A stretch of 64,000 nt of DNA from an uncultured Thermoleophilia bacterium (GTDB taxonomy: Bacteria > Actinomycetota > Thermoleophilia > Gaiellales > Gaiellaceae). The position numbers and the translations under genes are program-made. The notes beneath the pieces are model-generated. The model did not search any database and was not told the DNA's origin. It was given only the letters and a program-made list of their open reading frames with translations. The stretch is taken from positions 491,282 through 555,281 of the forward strand of contig CAWCGR010000003.1 in the NCBI GenBank assembly GCA_963795175.1, read 5' to 3'. Positions 29,224-38,478 of the stretch are shown in pieces (position 1 is the stretch's first letter; every line of letters starts with the position of its first letter).

Positions 29224-30459
29224 TTACCCGACGCCGCAGACGCGCATCGCGATCCGCGCGTACACCTCGGCGGTGCGAACGAGGCCTTCGATCTCGAGGT
29301 TCTCGCCCTTCGCCACGTCCATCAGGCCGGTCGACGTCCCGTAGTTGACCGTCGGGATCCCGTAGCGCGTCAGCGCCGACGCATCGGAGAACCATCGCGT
29401 CACGTCACGACCCGGCACCGAGCCGAAGACCTCCGCGTGGGCAGCGTCGATCGCTGCCACGAGCTCGTGCCCCTCGTCGATCTCGGCGCCCGGAGCGGTG
29501 ACGTACACCTCTGCCTCGACCCCGTAGTCGGGGAAGCGCTCCGCGAGCCCCCTGACCATGTCGAGGACTTCGCGCCGCGCTGTGCCCATCGGCTTCGTGG
29601 GTGGGACCCTGACATCGAGAAACAGGTCGGCGTGATGCGGCGTCCGCGAGACGCGCCACCCGAAACCGCCCTCGATCGCGCCGACGTTGACGATCGCCTT
29701 CGCTCCGCGGTAGCCGTTCTCCGGATCCTCCTCCCACGTCGGGATCCACTCCTGCACGGCTCCGAGCACCTCGTGCAGGCGCAGGATCGCGTTCAGGTCG
29801 CGCTTGCCCTCGCTGAACGCGGTGTGGATGAAGTTGCCGTGAACGCGGATGCGGAGCCAGAGGGCGCCGAAGTGGCCGAGAACGACCTTGCCTTCGGTCG
29901 GCTCGCCCAGCAGGCACATGTCGGCGACGCCGCCGTGGGAGACGAGGTAGCGGGAGCCTGCCGCGTAGCCCCGGTACTGGCCGCCGACCGCGTCGCCGTA
30001 CTGCGTCTTCTCGATCTCGCCGCAGACCGCCGCGACCATGACGTCGCCGCGAAGGCGCACGCCGGCGTCCTGCAGCGCAGCGAGAGCCTCGACGTAGCAG
30101 GCGAGCGCGCCCTTCATGTTCGAGATGCCGAGCCCGTAGAGGCGTCCGTCCTCGATGAAATGGCTCGGCTGGAAGCCGGGTACGTCGCGCAGCCACTCCT
30201 CTCGACCGGAGTACGACGTGTCCATGTGCCCGTTGAACATGAGCGTCTGCCCGCCGCCGGAGCCGCGCCAGGTGCCGAGCGCGTTCGCCCGGTTGTCCTC
30301 GACCTGCTGCCACTGCACCTGCAGGCCGAGATCGCGGTACAGCTCCACCATCAGCTCGCCCATGCCCTGTTCGTCCCCGGTGAAGCTATGGACGTCGATC
30401 ATCCGCGAAGCTGTCCGGACGAGCCGGTCACGGTCGATCGCGAGGGAGGGGCTCTCCAC
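29224..30459 (-). CDS. M20 family (ArgE/DapE-like) amidohydrolase with altered metal site
   Basis: LMFNGHMDT, LYGLGISNMKG, GEPT, dimerisation domain, SDA..GIPTVNYG. GTG start at 30459. Confidence 0.85.
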   Translation of the reverse strand: MESPSLAIDRDRLVRTASRMIDVHSFTGDEQGMGELMVELYRDLGLQVQWQQVEDNRANALGTWRGSGGGQTLMFNGHMDTSYSGREEWLRDVPGFQPSHFIEDGRLYGLGISNMKGALACYVEALAALQDAGVRLRGDVMVAAVCGEIEKTQYGDAVGGQYRGYAAGSRYLVSHGGVADMCLLGEPTEGKVVLGHFGALWLRIRVHGNFIHTAFSEGKRDLNAILRLHEVLGAVQEWIPTWEEDPENGYRGAKAIVNVGAIEGGFGWRVSRTPHHADLFLDVRVPPTKPMGTARREVLDMVRGLAERFPDYGVEAEVYVTAPGAEIDEGHELVAAIDAAHAEVFGSVPGRDVTRWFSDASALTRYGIPTVNYGTSTGLMDVAKGENLEIEGLVRTAEVYARIAMRVCGVG

Positions 30460-30461
30460 GA

Positions 30462-31541
30462 TCAGGAATCCCGGAAGTGCGGAAGCACCTTCTCGCCGAA
30501 GAGGCGGATCTGCTCGATGCGGTTCTCGCCCCACAGCTCGAGCATGATGTGCGTGCAGCCTGCGTCGCGGTACTCCTCGATCGCCTCGATGCAGTCGCTC
30601 GGGGTGCCGGCGATCGGCTTGCACTTGTCGAGCAGCTCGTCGGTGACCTTCGCCTTGGCTGCGAGCCGGCCGCCCTGCTCCATTGCCTCGGCGACGGGGA
30701 TGATCTCCTCCTGCTCGATCCTGGCCGACTCGAGCAGGACGTCGGCGGAGCCCTGGATGTTCTGCACCTTGTTGGCGAGGTACATGCCGCCGATCTCGCG
30801 CGCCCCGTCACGGCCCGCATCACGGTCCGTCGCGTGGATCGAGGCGAGAATCGTGCAGCCGAGATCGACGTCTTCCGCGGGACGACCCGACTTCGCCGCA
30901 CCCTCGCGGATGTTCCCGGCCGTGTAGCGGACGTAGTCCGGCGTCGTGATCGAAGGCGTCAGCAGGCCGTCGCCGATCTCACCGCCGATCTGTTGCATCA
31001 TCGGGGCCGTCCCCGCGACGTAGACGGGCACCGGCCAGCGCGGGGTATGCGCTTCGTCGGAGAGGGCGGGAATGTCGGCCGAGAAGGCCTTGCCGTCGTA
31101 CTCGAACCGCTCCCCGCCGAGGATGCCACGCACGATCTCGACGGAGTCGCGCATGTGCGCGAGGGGCTTCGTCACCTTCGGGGGGCCACCCTGCTTCGTG
31201 TTGTTGAGGAAGATCTTCGACGTGCCGAAGCCGACGATGAAGCGCCCTGGGCCGGCTGCCTCCTGCACGACCCGCGCGTCCATGGCGACCTGCACCGGGT
31301 GCCGCGTGTACGGGGAGATGATGCCCCACGCGATCGTCAAGTTCTTCGTCTCGCGTGCCATCAGCGCCGACACCACCGTCGAGCCGCGCGCCTCCATCTG
31401 GTGCTTGCGCCACCACGGGTAGGCCTCGGCGAGCCAGACGGTGTCCATCCCCGCCTCGTCCATAGCGCGCGCGGCGGCGAGCATCTCGTCGAGCGGCTCC
31501 ATCGTCAGCTGCATCACGCCGATGCGGAAAGGAACCGCCAC
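30462..31541 (-). CDS. LLM-class (Mer-like, possibly F420-dependent) oxidoreductase
   Basis: DTVWLAE, SPYTRHP, GRFIVGFG, PVYVAG..PMM..GEIGDG, IAGTP. AGGAGG RBS. Confidence 0.88.
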   Translation of the reverse strand: MAVPFRIGVMQLTMEPLDEMLAAARAMDEAGMDTVWLAEAYPWWRKHQMEARGSTVVSALMARETKNLTIAWGIISPYTRHPVQVAMDARVVQEAAGPGRFIVGFGTSKIFLNNTKQGGPPKVTKPLAHMRDSVEIVRGILGGERFEYDGKAFSADIPALSDEAHTPRWPVPVYVAGTAPMMQQIGGEIGDGLLTPSITTPDYVRYTAGNIREGAAKSGRPAEDVDLGCTILASIHATDRDAGRDGAREIGGMYLANKVQNIQGSADVLLESARIEQEEIIPVAEAMEQGGRLAAKAKVTDELLDKCKPIAGTPSDCIEAIEEYRDAGCTHIMLELWGENRIEQIRLFGEKVLPHFRDS

Positions 31542-31566
31542 GGTCAGCCTCCTTGTCGGGTCGTTC

Positions 31567-31589
31567 GTGACATGTCACCGCACCGTACC
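31567..31589 (-). promoter_or_regulatory. Operon promoter (-10 TACGGT) with perfect palindrome GTGACATGTCAC over the likely TSS
   Basis: 12-bp palindrome at 31567-31578; extended -10 TGGTACGGT immediately upstream on the minus strand. Confidence 0.55.
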
Positions 31590-31678
31590 ACGCGCTCGCG
31601 GCGGTCAGGGCCCGCGCTCCCGCTCCCGCTGCAGGGCAACAGTAGCGCCGGAATCGCCGTCACGCGATGATGGCTGCG

Positions 31679-34168
31679 ATGAGACGTGTGCTCCCCACAG
31701 GGACGGTGACGTTCCTGTTCACGGACGTTGAGGGCTCGACGAAGCTCCTGCACGAGCTCGGCGCAGAGAAGTATGCCGCCGCGCTCGCCGAGCACCGCCA
31801 GATCGTGCGCTCGGCCTTTCACGATCGAGGCGGTGTCGAGGTCGACACGCAGGGAGACGCGTTCTTTGTCGCCTTCCCGACGGCGCCCGCGGCAGTCGCG
31901 GCCGCGGGGGCGATGACCGAGGGGCTTGCGAAGGGGCCGATCCGCGTCCGCATCGGCCTTCACACGGGCACACCTCTCGTCACCGACGAGGGGTACGTCG
32001 GCGAGGACGTCCATCGCGCGGCCCGCATCGCGGCCGCGGGCCACGGGGGGCAGGTGATCGTTTCGGCGGCGGCCGCACAGCTCGTGGATCCCGCCGGCCT
32101 GCGGGATCTCGGCGAGCACCGGTTGAAGGACCTCTCCGCGGCCGAACGCCTCTTTCAGCTCGGGAGCCAAGAGTTTCCTCCCCTCAAGAGCCTCTACCGC
32201 ACCAACCTGCCCATCCCTGCCACCCCGTTTCTGGGGCGCAGCGAGGAGTTGTCCGAGGTCGTCGCTCTGCTCTCTCGGCCGGATGTACGTCTGCTGACAC
32301 TGACCGGGCCCGGCGGAACCGGGAAAACGCGACTCGCGCTCCAGGCGGCCGCCGAGGCCTCGGACCTCTTCCCGGACGGCGCGTATTGGGTACCTCTCGC
32401 CCCCTTGCGCGACCCGCAGCTCGTGCTGCAAAGCGCTGCCCAGGCGCTCGGGGCAGAAGAAGAGCTCGCCGACCGCATCGCCGACAAGCGGATCCTTCTG
32501 GTCCTCGACAACTTCGAGCATCTCACCGTGGCGGCGACGGACGCCGCCGCTCTTCTCGCCGCCTGCCCCAACCTCTGTCTCGTCGTGACGAGCCGCGAGC
32601 CGCTCCACGTGAGCGGCGAGCAGGAGTACCCAGTGCAACCCCTCGCCTCCCAGGAGGCGGTCGACTTCTTCAGCGCCAGAGCGCGAGGCATCAGGCCCGA
32701 CTTCGCACCGGACGTCACCGTCTCCGCGATCTGCCGCCGCCTCGACAACCTCCCCCTCGCGCTCGAGCTCGCTGCCGCACGCGTGAAGGCGCTCTCTCCC
32801 GACCAGATCCTCGCGCGCCTCGAGCAACGATTGCCGTTGCTGACCGGCGGAGCCAAGGACTTGCCGGAACGTCAACAGACCCTTCGCGCCACGATCGACT
32901 GGTCGTACGACCTGCTCGCCGCCGACGAGCGGCGCCTCTATGCACGGCTCGCCCTCTTCCGCGGCGGATGCACGCTCGATGCGGCGGAACGGATCGCCGA
33001 CGCCGACCTCGATCTGTTGCAGTCGCTGGTGGACAAGAGCCTCGTGCGGTACAACGACGACCGCTACTGGATGCTCGAGACGATTCGCGAGCATGCGAAG
33101 GAGCACTTCGAAGACTCGCCCGAAGCCGAGGAGCTGCGCAGACGCCACGCCCTCTACTTCCTGGAGCTCGCAGAGGCGGCCCACCCGGCCATACGACTGA
33201 TGGAGCACGGGGGTACCGCTGAGGTGGTGGGCGTGCTCGAGCGCGATCACGACAACTTCCGAGCGGCGCTCGACGAGCTCACCTCCGCGGGGGAAACGCA
33301 GCACGTGCTGCAACTGGCGGGCGCTCTGGCGGAGTTCTGGTTCCGAGCCGACTACTGGGCCGAGCTGCGGGTGCAGCTGCTTGGGGCCGTACGTGCCGAC
33401 ACGCGCCCGAGCGAGGTGCGCGCGCGAGCGCTGCTCAGCGCTTCCGACCTCGTCTCGCTCGACGGCAATCGCGAGCAGTCGGGCCACTTCGCCGAGGAGG
33501 CGCTTGCGTTCTATCGCGAGCACGGTGACCTGCGCGGCGTGGCGGATGCGCTGACGCGAGTCGGTGGCACGCTCGCCGAGCGCGGCGATGCGGCGGGGGC
33601 AATCTCAATTCTCGAGGAGGCTCGTGGGCTGTACCGCGAAGTCGACGATCAGCACGCACTGCTCACCTCTTCGCGCCTGCTCGCCTGGATGCGCGAGCAG
33701 GCCGGTGAGCGGGAGAACGCGAAGGCGCTCTACGCAGAGAACCTCGAGCGGTCACGCGCGATCGGGAACCCACTCATCCTCGCGGCGTCACTCGGTTGGC
33801 TCGCGATGGTGGAGGCCGAGGAAGGTCGCTACGCCGAGGCGTTCACGAGAGCGCGAGAGCACCTCCAGATCGCCCCTACGCTCGGCAGCATCGAGACGGC
33901 GACCGCCCTGATGCGCACCGGCCGAGTCCTCGTGCTCGCCGGTCGGCTGATCGACGCCGTGCCTGTGGTGGCCGCGTCCGAGGCGCTGTTCCAGGAGATG
34001 GGGATCACCGACTACTGGGCTCTGGGACTTGCCCGGCAGGTCGGGGCAACGCTGCAAAGCGCTCTGGAACCGGCCCAGTTCGAGGCAGCGTGGGAGGATG
34101 GACGACTGCGCACGCCCGCCGAGGCAGTGATGCTCGCCCTCGACGCACTGACTCGAGCAGGCGCCTAG
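31679..34168 (+). CDS. Adenylate/guanylate cyclase domain + STAND ATPase + TPR protein
   Basis: [23 protein letters not shown], Walker A GPGGTGKT, Walker [20 protein letters not shown]-like C-terminus. Confidence 0.9.
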   Translation: MRRVLPTGTVTFLFTDVEGSTKLLHELGAEKYAAALAEHRQIVRSAFHDRGGVEVDTQGDAFFVAFPTAPAAVAAAGAMTEGLAKGPIRVRIGLHTGTPLVTDEGYVGEDVHRAARIAAAGHGGQVIVSAAAAQLVDPAGLRDLGEHRLKDLSAAERLFQLGSQEFPPLKSLYRTNLPIPATPFLGRSEELSEVVALLSRPDVRLLTLTGPGGTGKTRLALQAAAEASDLFPDGAYWVPLAPLRDPQLVLQSAAQALGAEEELADRIADKRILLVLDNFEHLTVAATDAAALLAACPNLCLVVTSREPLHVSGEQEYPVQPLASQEAVDFFSARARGIRPDFAPDVTVSAICRRLDNLPLALELAAARVKALSPDQILARLEQRLPLLTGGAKDLPERQQTLRATIDWSYDLLAADERRLYARLALFRGGCTLDAAERIADADLDLLQSLVDKSLVRYNDDRYWMLETIREHAKEHFEDSPEAEELRRRHALYFLELAEAAHPAIRLMEHGGTAEVVGVLERDHDNFRAALDELTSAGETQHVLQLAGALAEFWFRADYWAELRVQLLGAVRADTRPSEVRARALLSASDLVSLDGNREQSGHFAEEALAFYREHGDLRGVADALTRVGGTLAERGDAAGAISILEEARGLYREVDDQHALLTSSRLLAWMREQAGERENAKALYAENLERSRAIGNPLILAASLGWLAMVEAEEGRYAEAFTRAREHLQIAPTLGSIETATALMRTGRVLVLAGRLIDAVPVVAASEALFQEMGITDYWALGLARQVGATLQSALEPAQFEAAWEDGRLRTPAEAVMLALDALTRAGA

Positions 34169-34620
34169 CCCGCTGCCGCCTTCGCCTCGGCCACCTTCAC
34201 CTCGAGCGCCGTCAGCACGTTCCCGACCTGCTGATTGATGATCGGCTGCAGGACGCGCTGCCCCATCGAGCCGACCGGACCGGCGATCTTGACGTCGGCC
34301 GACCATGCCATCGAGGTGTGATCTCCCTCGCCGCTGAGCGTGAACGACGTCGTCATGTTCATCAGTGCCCCGACGCCCTTGCCCTTCGCGTTCATCGAGG
34401 CGAACTCGGGTGGCCGCTCCTCGAGCTTCTCGAAGTCGATCGTCATCTTGAGACCGCCGAGCCCGAGCGGCACCTTGACCTTGGCCTGCCAGTGGCGGTC
34501 GTCCTTGATCTCGAATCCCTCCACGCCAGGCATCAGCCCGGCCATCTGAGCAGGATCGTTGATGACGCTCCAGACGACCTCCCGCGATGCGTCCAGCTCC
34601 TTCGTCCCGTTGACGTTCAC
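34165..34620 (-). CDS. CoxG/SRPBCC family protein
   Basis: [20 protein letters not shown]; located after the Mo large subunit. Confidence 0.85.
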   Translation of the reverse strand: MNVNGTKELDASREVVWSVINDPAQMAGLMPGVEGFEIKDDRHWQAKVKVPLGLGGLKMTIDFEKLEERPPEFASMNAKGKGVGALMNMTTSFTLSGEGDHTSMAWSADVKIAGPVGSMGQRVLQPIINQQVGNVLTALEVKVAEAKAAAG

Positions 34621-37073
34621 TTGGAAGTCACCTCGACTGTCTCTCTCGACCGTTCCGGGTGGGTGAGGAGCTCCCAGACACGGTGATAGGGGTTATGGCT
34701 GTCGGTCACGATCGCTCCACCCGCCGCGCGCAAGGCGTCCTGGATTCCTGCGCAGATGCAGTGGATCCCTCCCCCACCGCCTTCTCCCATCCCCTTCGTG
34801 CCGAGCGGCGTAAACGGTGACGGCGACTCGATTGCCGCCGTTCTCAGCGGCGGCATGTCGAGGGCGTGCGGGACATGGTAGTCGTAGAAGTTGGGCGTCA
34901 GGAGGTTGCCGTCCTCGTCGTAGACGAACGACTCCCAGAGCGCTGCCCCGATCGCGTGCGCCGTCGCGCCCATCACCTGGCCCTCGACGATCTGCGGGTT
35001 GATCCGGACGCCACAGTCGTCCACGGCGGCGTAGTCGACGACTTCGGTGACGCCGGTCTCGGGGTCGATCTCGAGGATGCAGGCGTGAATCTGGGTCGCG
35101 TACGTCAGCGTCAGGTTGCCGAACTTCCGCTCCTTGTCCGGCACCTCGAACGGCGGTCGGTAGACGAAGCGCCGGTTCATCGTCGGAGGGTCGTCCGGGA
35201 AGCCGGCGTTGTTCGCGTTGGGGATGGCGCCGAGCGCCATGAACGGCAGCGCCGCCTCGGGGTTGTCCTTGATGCGGGCAAATCCGTCGGCGAGCTCGAT
35301 CGCCTCCTCCGGGCACTGGAACACCATCGAGGCGAGCTTGACCATGTCTCCTGCGAGCAGCTCCGCCGCACCCTTGACGGCGCCGAGGCCGGTGACTGCG
35401 AACTGGCTGGCATACGTCCCCGAGAAGCCCGCATGCGAGTTCCAGTAGCTGTCGTGACCCGCGCGCACGTTGACCATGTCGACGTCGCAATGGAGGATGT
35501 CGGCCACCACCTGCGCCGCGGTCGTCTCGTGGCTCTGCCCCTGCGGCGTCGTGCCGAGCGTGACCACGATCTCCCCGAAGATGTCGAGCTTCACCGTCGC
35601 GACTTCGTTGTTGCCCGAGAACTGCAGCTCGGGATTGATCAACTGCGACTGGCCGAAGTTGTTCGTGCCCGAGTCGAGAGTGGAGCCGATCCCGAGCCCC
35701 AGCAGCTTGCCCCGCCCTGCGGCCTCGGCCCGGCGCTCCTCGACCCGATCGGCCCCGATCAGCTCCAGCGCCATGTCGAGCGCACGCGGGTAGTCGCCCG
35801 AGTCGTAGACGCAGCCGTTCGGCGTCTCGTAGGGCATGTCCTCGGGCTTGACGTAGTTGAGCCGGCGGATCTCGACGGGGTCGAGCTCGAGCGTCTGCGC
35901 GACGATGTCGATCACGCGCTCGGTGAACCACAGCTGCTGCATCCGCGAGTACCCACGGTTCGGCGAGACCGGTGCCTTGTTCGTCATCGCCTGGTTGAAC
36001 TCGAGCCGGATGTTCCGCCACTTGTAGAGGCCTGCCGCTACCTGCGACCAGATCACGCCGCCGAGCGGCTCGTAGCGCAGATACGCACCCGCGTCGTCGA
36101 TCGCCGTCGTCCGGAAGCCGAGCAGGGTTCCGTCCGCCTTGACCGCGACCTCGGTGTTCTCGAACCAGCGCTCGTTGCCGTGCGACATCGACTGGTGGAA
36201 CTCGGTGCGCCATTCCGTCCACTGGATCGCCCGCTTCAGCTTGCGCGCCAGCAGGCAGCAGACGACGAGCTGGGGGTGCGAGGTGATCTTGTTGCCGAAC
36301 CCGCCGCCGATGTCCTGCGTCACGATCCGGAGCTTGTCGAGCCCGACGCGGAGCGCCGGCCCCATCATGATCGCGGCGAAGCCGGGGAACTGGTTGTTCG
36401 TGTACATCGTCCACTGACCCGTGCCGCGGTTGTACTCGACGAGGGCACCGTCGCATTCGAGGGGCGTCGAGTTGAAGCGGTCGAAGTGGAGCTCGCCGAT
36501 CTTGACGACGTGATCGGCCTCGGCGAAGGCCGCGTCGACGTCCCCCCACTCCCACACGCCCGAGTACGAGAGGTTGCCGCCGCACTCCTCGTGCAGGACG
36601 GGAGCCGCGTCCTCGAGCGCCTTGCGCGCATCGACGACGACGTCGAGAGGCTCGTAGTCGACGACCACGAGCTCCGCCGCGTCACGCGCGAGCTCGCGCG
36701 TCTCGGCGACGACGGCGACCACGGGCTCGCCGAGGAACCGCACCTTGCCGACCGCGAGGGCGTAGTCCTTCACGTGCCCTCCCGGCGGTGCTGCGATCTG
36801 GAAGAACGGATCGGTCAGGATCGCGACCTCGTCGCCGGTGAGGGTCCCGTAGACGCCGGGGAGCTCCAACGCTGCGGTGACGTCGATCGACGCAATCGTG
36901 GCGTGGGCGTACGGCGACCGGACGTAATGGAGGTAGCCCATGTCCTTGCGCTTGATGTCGTCGAAGAAGACGCCCTGCCCCTGCAGGAGCCTGCCGTCTT
37001 CCTTGCGCGGCACGCTCTGGCCGACGGCCGCCCCCTTCTGCAGCGTCCCCGCCTCGGTCTCGACCGTCGTCAC
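34617..37073 (-). CDS. Xanthine dehydrogenase family molybdopterin-binding large subunit (CoxL-like, not a form I CODH)
   Basis: RKEDGRLL, RSPYAHA, IGGGFGNK, QGQSHET, NPQIVEGQ, GTKGMGE. Active-site loop reads PNRGYSR. GTG start at 37073. Confidence 0.93.
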   Translation of the reverse strand: MTTVETEAGTLQKGAAVGQSVPRKEDGRLLQGQGVFFDDIKRKDMGYLHYVRSPYAHATIASIDVTAALELPGVYGTLTGDEVAILTDPFFQIAAPPGGHVKDYALAVGKVRFLGEPVVAVVAETRELARDAAELVVVDYEPLDVVVDARKALEDAAPVLHEECGGNLSYSGVWEWGDVDAAFAEADHVVKIGELHFDRFNSTPLECDGALVEYNRGTGQWTMYTNNQFPGFAAIMMGPALRVGLDKLRIVTQDIGGGFGNKITSHPQLVVCCLLARKLKRAIQWTEWRTEFHQSMSHGNERWFENTEVAVKADGTLLGFRTTAIDDAGAYLRYEPLGGVIWSQVAAGLYKWRNIRLEFNQAMTNKAPVSPNRGYSRMQQLWFTERVIDIVAQTLELDPVEIRRLNYVKPEDMPYETPNGCVYDSGDYPRALDMALELIGADRVEERRAEAAGRGKLLGLGIGSTLDSGTNNFGQSQLINPELQFSGNNEVATVKLDIFGEIVVTLGTTPQGQSHETTAAQVVADILHCDVDMVNVRAGHDSYWNSHAGFSGTYASQFAVTGLGAVKGAAELLAGDMVKLASMVFQCPEEAIELADGFARIKDNPEAALPFMALGAIPNANNAGFPDDPPTMNRRFVYRPPFEVPDKERKFGNLTLTYATQIHACILEIDPETGVTEVVDYAAVDDCGVRINPQIVEGQVMGATAHAIGAALWESFVYDEDGNLLTPNFYDYHVPHALDMPPLRTAAIESPSPFTPLGTKGMGEGGGGGIHCICAGIQDALRAAGGAIVTDSHNPYHRVWELLTHPERSRETVEVTSK

Positions 37074-37558
37074 TGCGCACCTCGCTCGCCGGCCGCTACC
37101 ACGGCCTCGATGATGTTCCAGTAGCCGGTGCAGCGGCAGATGTTCCCCTGCAGCGCCACCTTGACCTCGTGCTCGCTCGGGCGCGGGTTCTGCTCGAGCA
37201 GCGCGGTCGCGCTCATCAGCATGCCGGGGGTGCAATAGCCGCACTGCAGCGCGTGGTGCTCGTGCATCGCCTGCTGCAGCACCGTCAGCTCGCCCTCGTC
37301 GCTGGCAAGGCCTTCGACGGTCGTCACAGACGCCCCGTCGGCCTGGACCGCGAGCATGCAGCAGCTCTTGACCGCGTCGGAACCGAGTTGCACGGTGCAC
37401 GCACCGCAGTTGCCGGTGTCGCAGCCGATATGGGTTCCCGTCAGGTCGAGCTCGTCGCGCAGGAAGTGCACCAACAGCATCGACGCCGGCACTTCACGTT
37501 CGTACGTCGTCCCGTTGATCTCGACCGAGATCGTCTTGCTCGTGGAAGTCGTGGTCAC
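37070..37558 (-). CDS. (2Fe-2S) small subunit (CoxS-like)
   Basis: GCDTGNCGACTV..KSC, QCGYCTPG, CRCTGY. Confidence 0.95.
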   Translation of the reverse strand: MTTTSTSKTISVEINGTTYEREVPASMLLVHFLRDELDLTGTHIGCDTGNCGACTVQLGSDAVKSCCMLAVQADGASVTTVEGLASDEGELTVLQQAMHEHHALQCGYCTPGMLMSATALLEQNPRPSEHEVKVALQGNICRCTGYWNIIEAVVAAGERGAQ

Positions 37559-37560
37559 GC

Positions 37561-38415
37561 TTACCCCTCTGCTCGTTCGGCTGCCTGCAAGACCGCCCGC
37601 ACGGCCGAGACCTCGGCCAGGTGGCGGCGATAGTCGGCGCCCGCGTGGACGTCGGACGGTGGATCGAGCGTAGCGCCGAGACCCTCCGCGGCCGCACGAA
37701 CGGCGGCCTCGGAGAGATCGCCGGCTGCCAATGCCCCTTCCATCGCGGTCGCACGAACGGGCACGGAGGAGACGCAACCGAGCGAGATGCGGATCCCGTC
37801 GGGGCCGACACTCGCAGCGGCGCTGACGAGGTAGGTTCCGTGCGCGCCGAGCGTCACCCCTGCCATGGCGTCACCGGTTCCGGGCTTCCGCGTCGGTACC
37901 GAGATCCGGGTCAGCAGTTCGCCCTCGGCGACGGCGGTCACGTAGACACCGATGAAGAAGTCGTCGGCCGTGACGGTGCGCTCGCCGGTCGTGCCGCGAA
38001 TCGTGAACGACGCCTCGAGCGCGCTCAGGAGGGGTGGGTAGTGGTTGGTGGGGTCGTTGACGCAGACGTTGCCGCCGATCGTGCCGCGATTGCGGATCTG
38101 GACGTCCGCGATCGTGGCCGCCACCTCGGCCAGGATCGGTCGTGCAACCTCGATCTCGGACGACGCGATCAGCTGGGTGTTGGTCACCATGGCGCCGATC
38201 TCGAGCGAGCTCTGGTCGGCGGAGAACGAGATCGTGCGCAGCTCGTCCAGGTTGGCGAGGTCGACGAGCACATCGGGCGAGGCGGCCCGGGCCTTCATCA
38301 CGTTGACGAGCGTCTGGCCGCCTGCGAGGGCACGTGCCCCATCGTGCTCGGAGAGGAGTGCGATCGCCTCCTCGACGGAATCCGGACGCGCGTACTCGAC
38401 TTCTCGTAGAAGCAT
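37561..38415 (-). CDS. FAD-binding medium subunit (CoxM-like)
   Basis: LAGGQTL, IGAMVT, QIRNRGTIGGN, DVHAGADYR. Confidence 0.95.
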   Translation of the reverse strand: MLLREVEYARPDSVEEAIALLSEHDGARALAGGQTLVNVMKARAASPDVLVDLANLDELRTISFSADQSSLEIGAMVTNTQLIASSEIEVARPILAEVAATIADVQIRNRGTIGGNVCVNDPTNHYPPLLSALEASFTIRGTTGERTVTADDFFIGVYVTAVAEGELLTRISVPTRKPGTGDAMAGVTLGAHGTYLVSAAASVGPDGIRISLGCVSSVPVRATAMEGALAAGDLSEAAVRAAAEGLGATLDPPSDVHAGADYRRHLAEVSAVRAVLQAAERAEG

Positions 38416-38440
38416 GCCTCTATTGGTCGCACACGCAGTG

Positions 38441-38452
38441 CTGGCATGTCAA
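38441..38452. promoter_or_regulatory. Candidate operator / -35 box TTGACATGCCAG in the divergent region
   Basis: Core TGACATGCCA matches TGACATGTCA at 9/10 and contains TTGACA on the minus strand. Confidence 0.45.
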
Positions 38453-38478
38453 GGCGGAACCGTCGGTAGCATCGCCGC

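Noticed and set aside
34165..38415. Aerobic CO dehydrogenase call
   Set aside because: Lacks the AYXCSFR Cys motif, and no coxDEF accessory genes are present.
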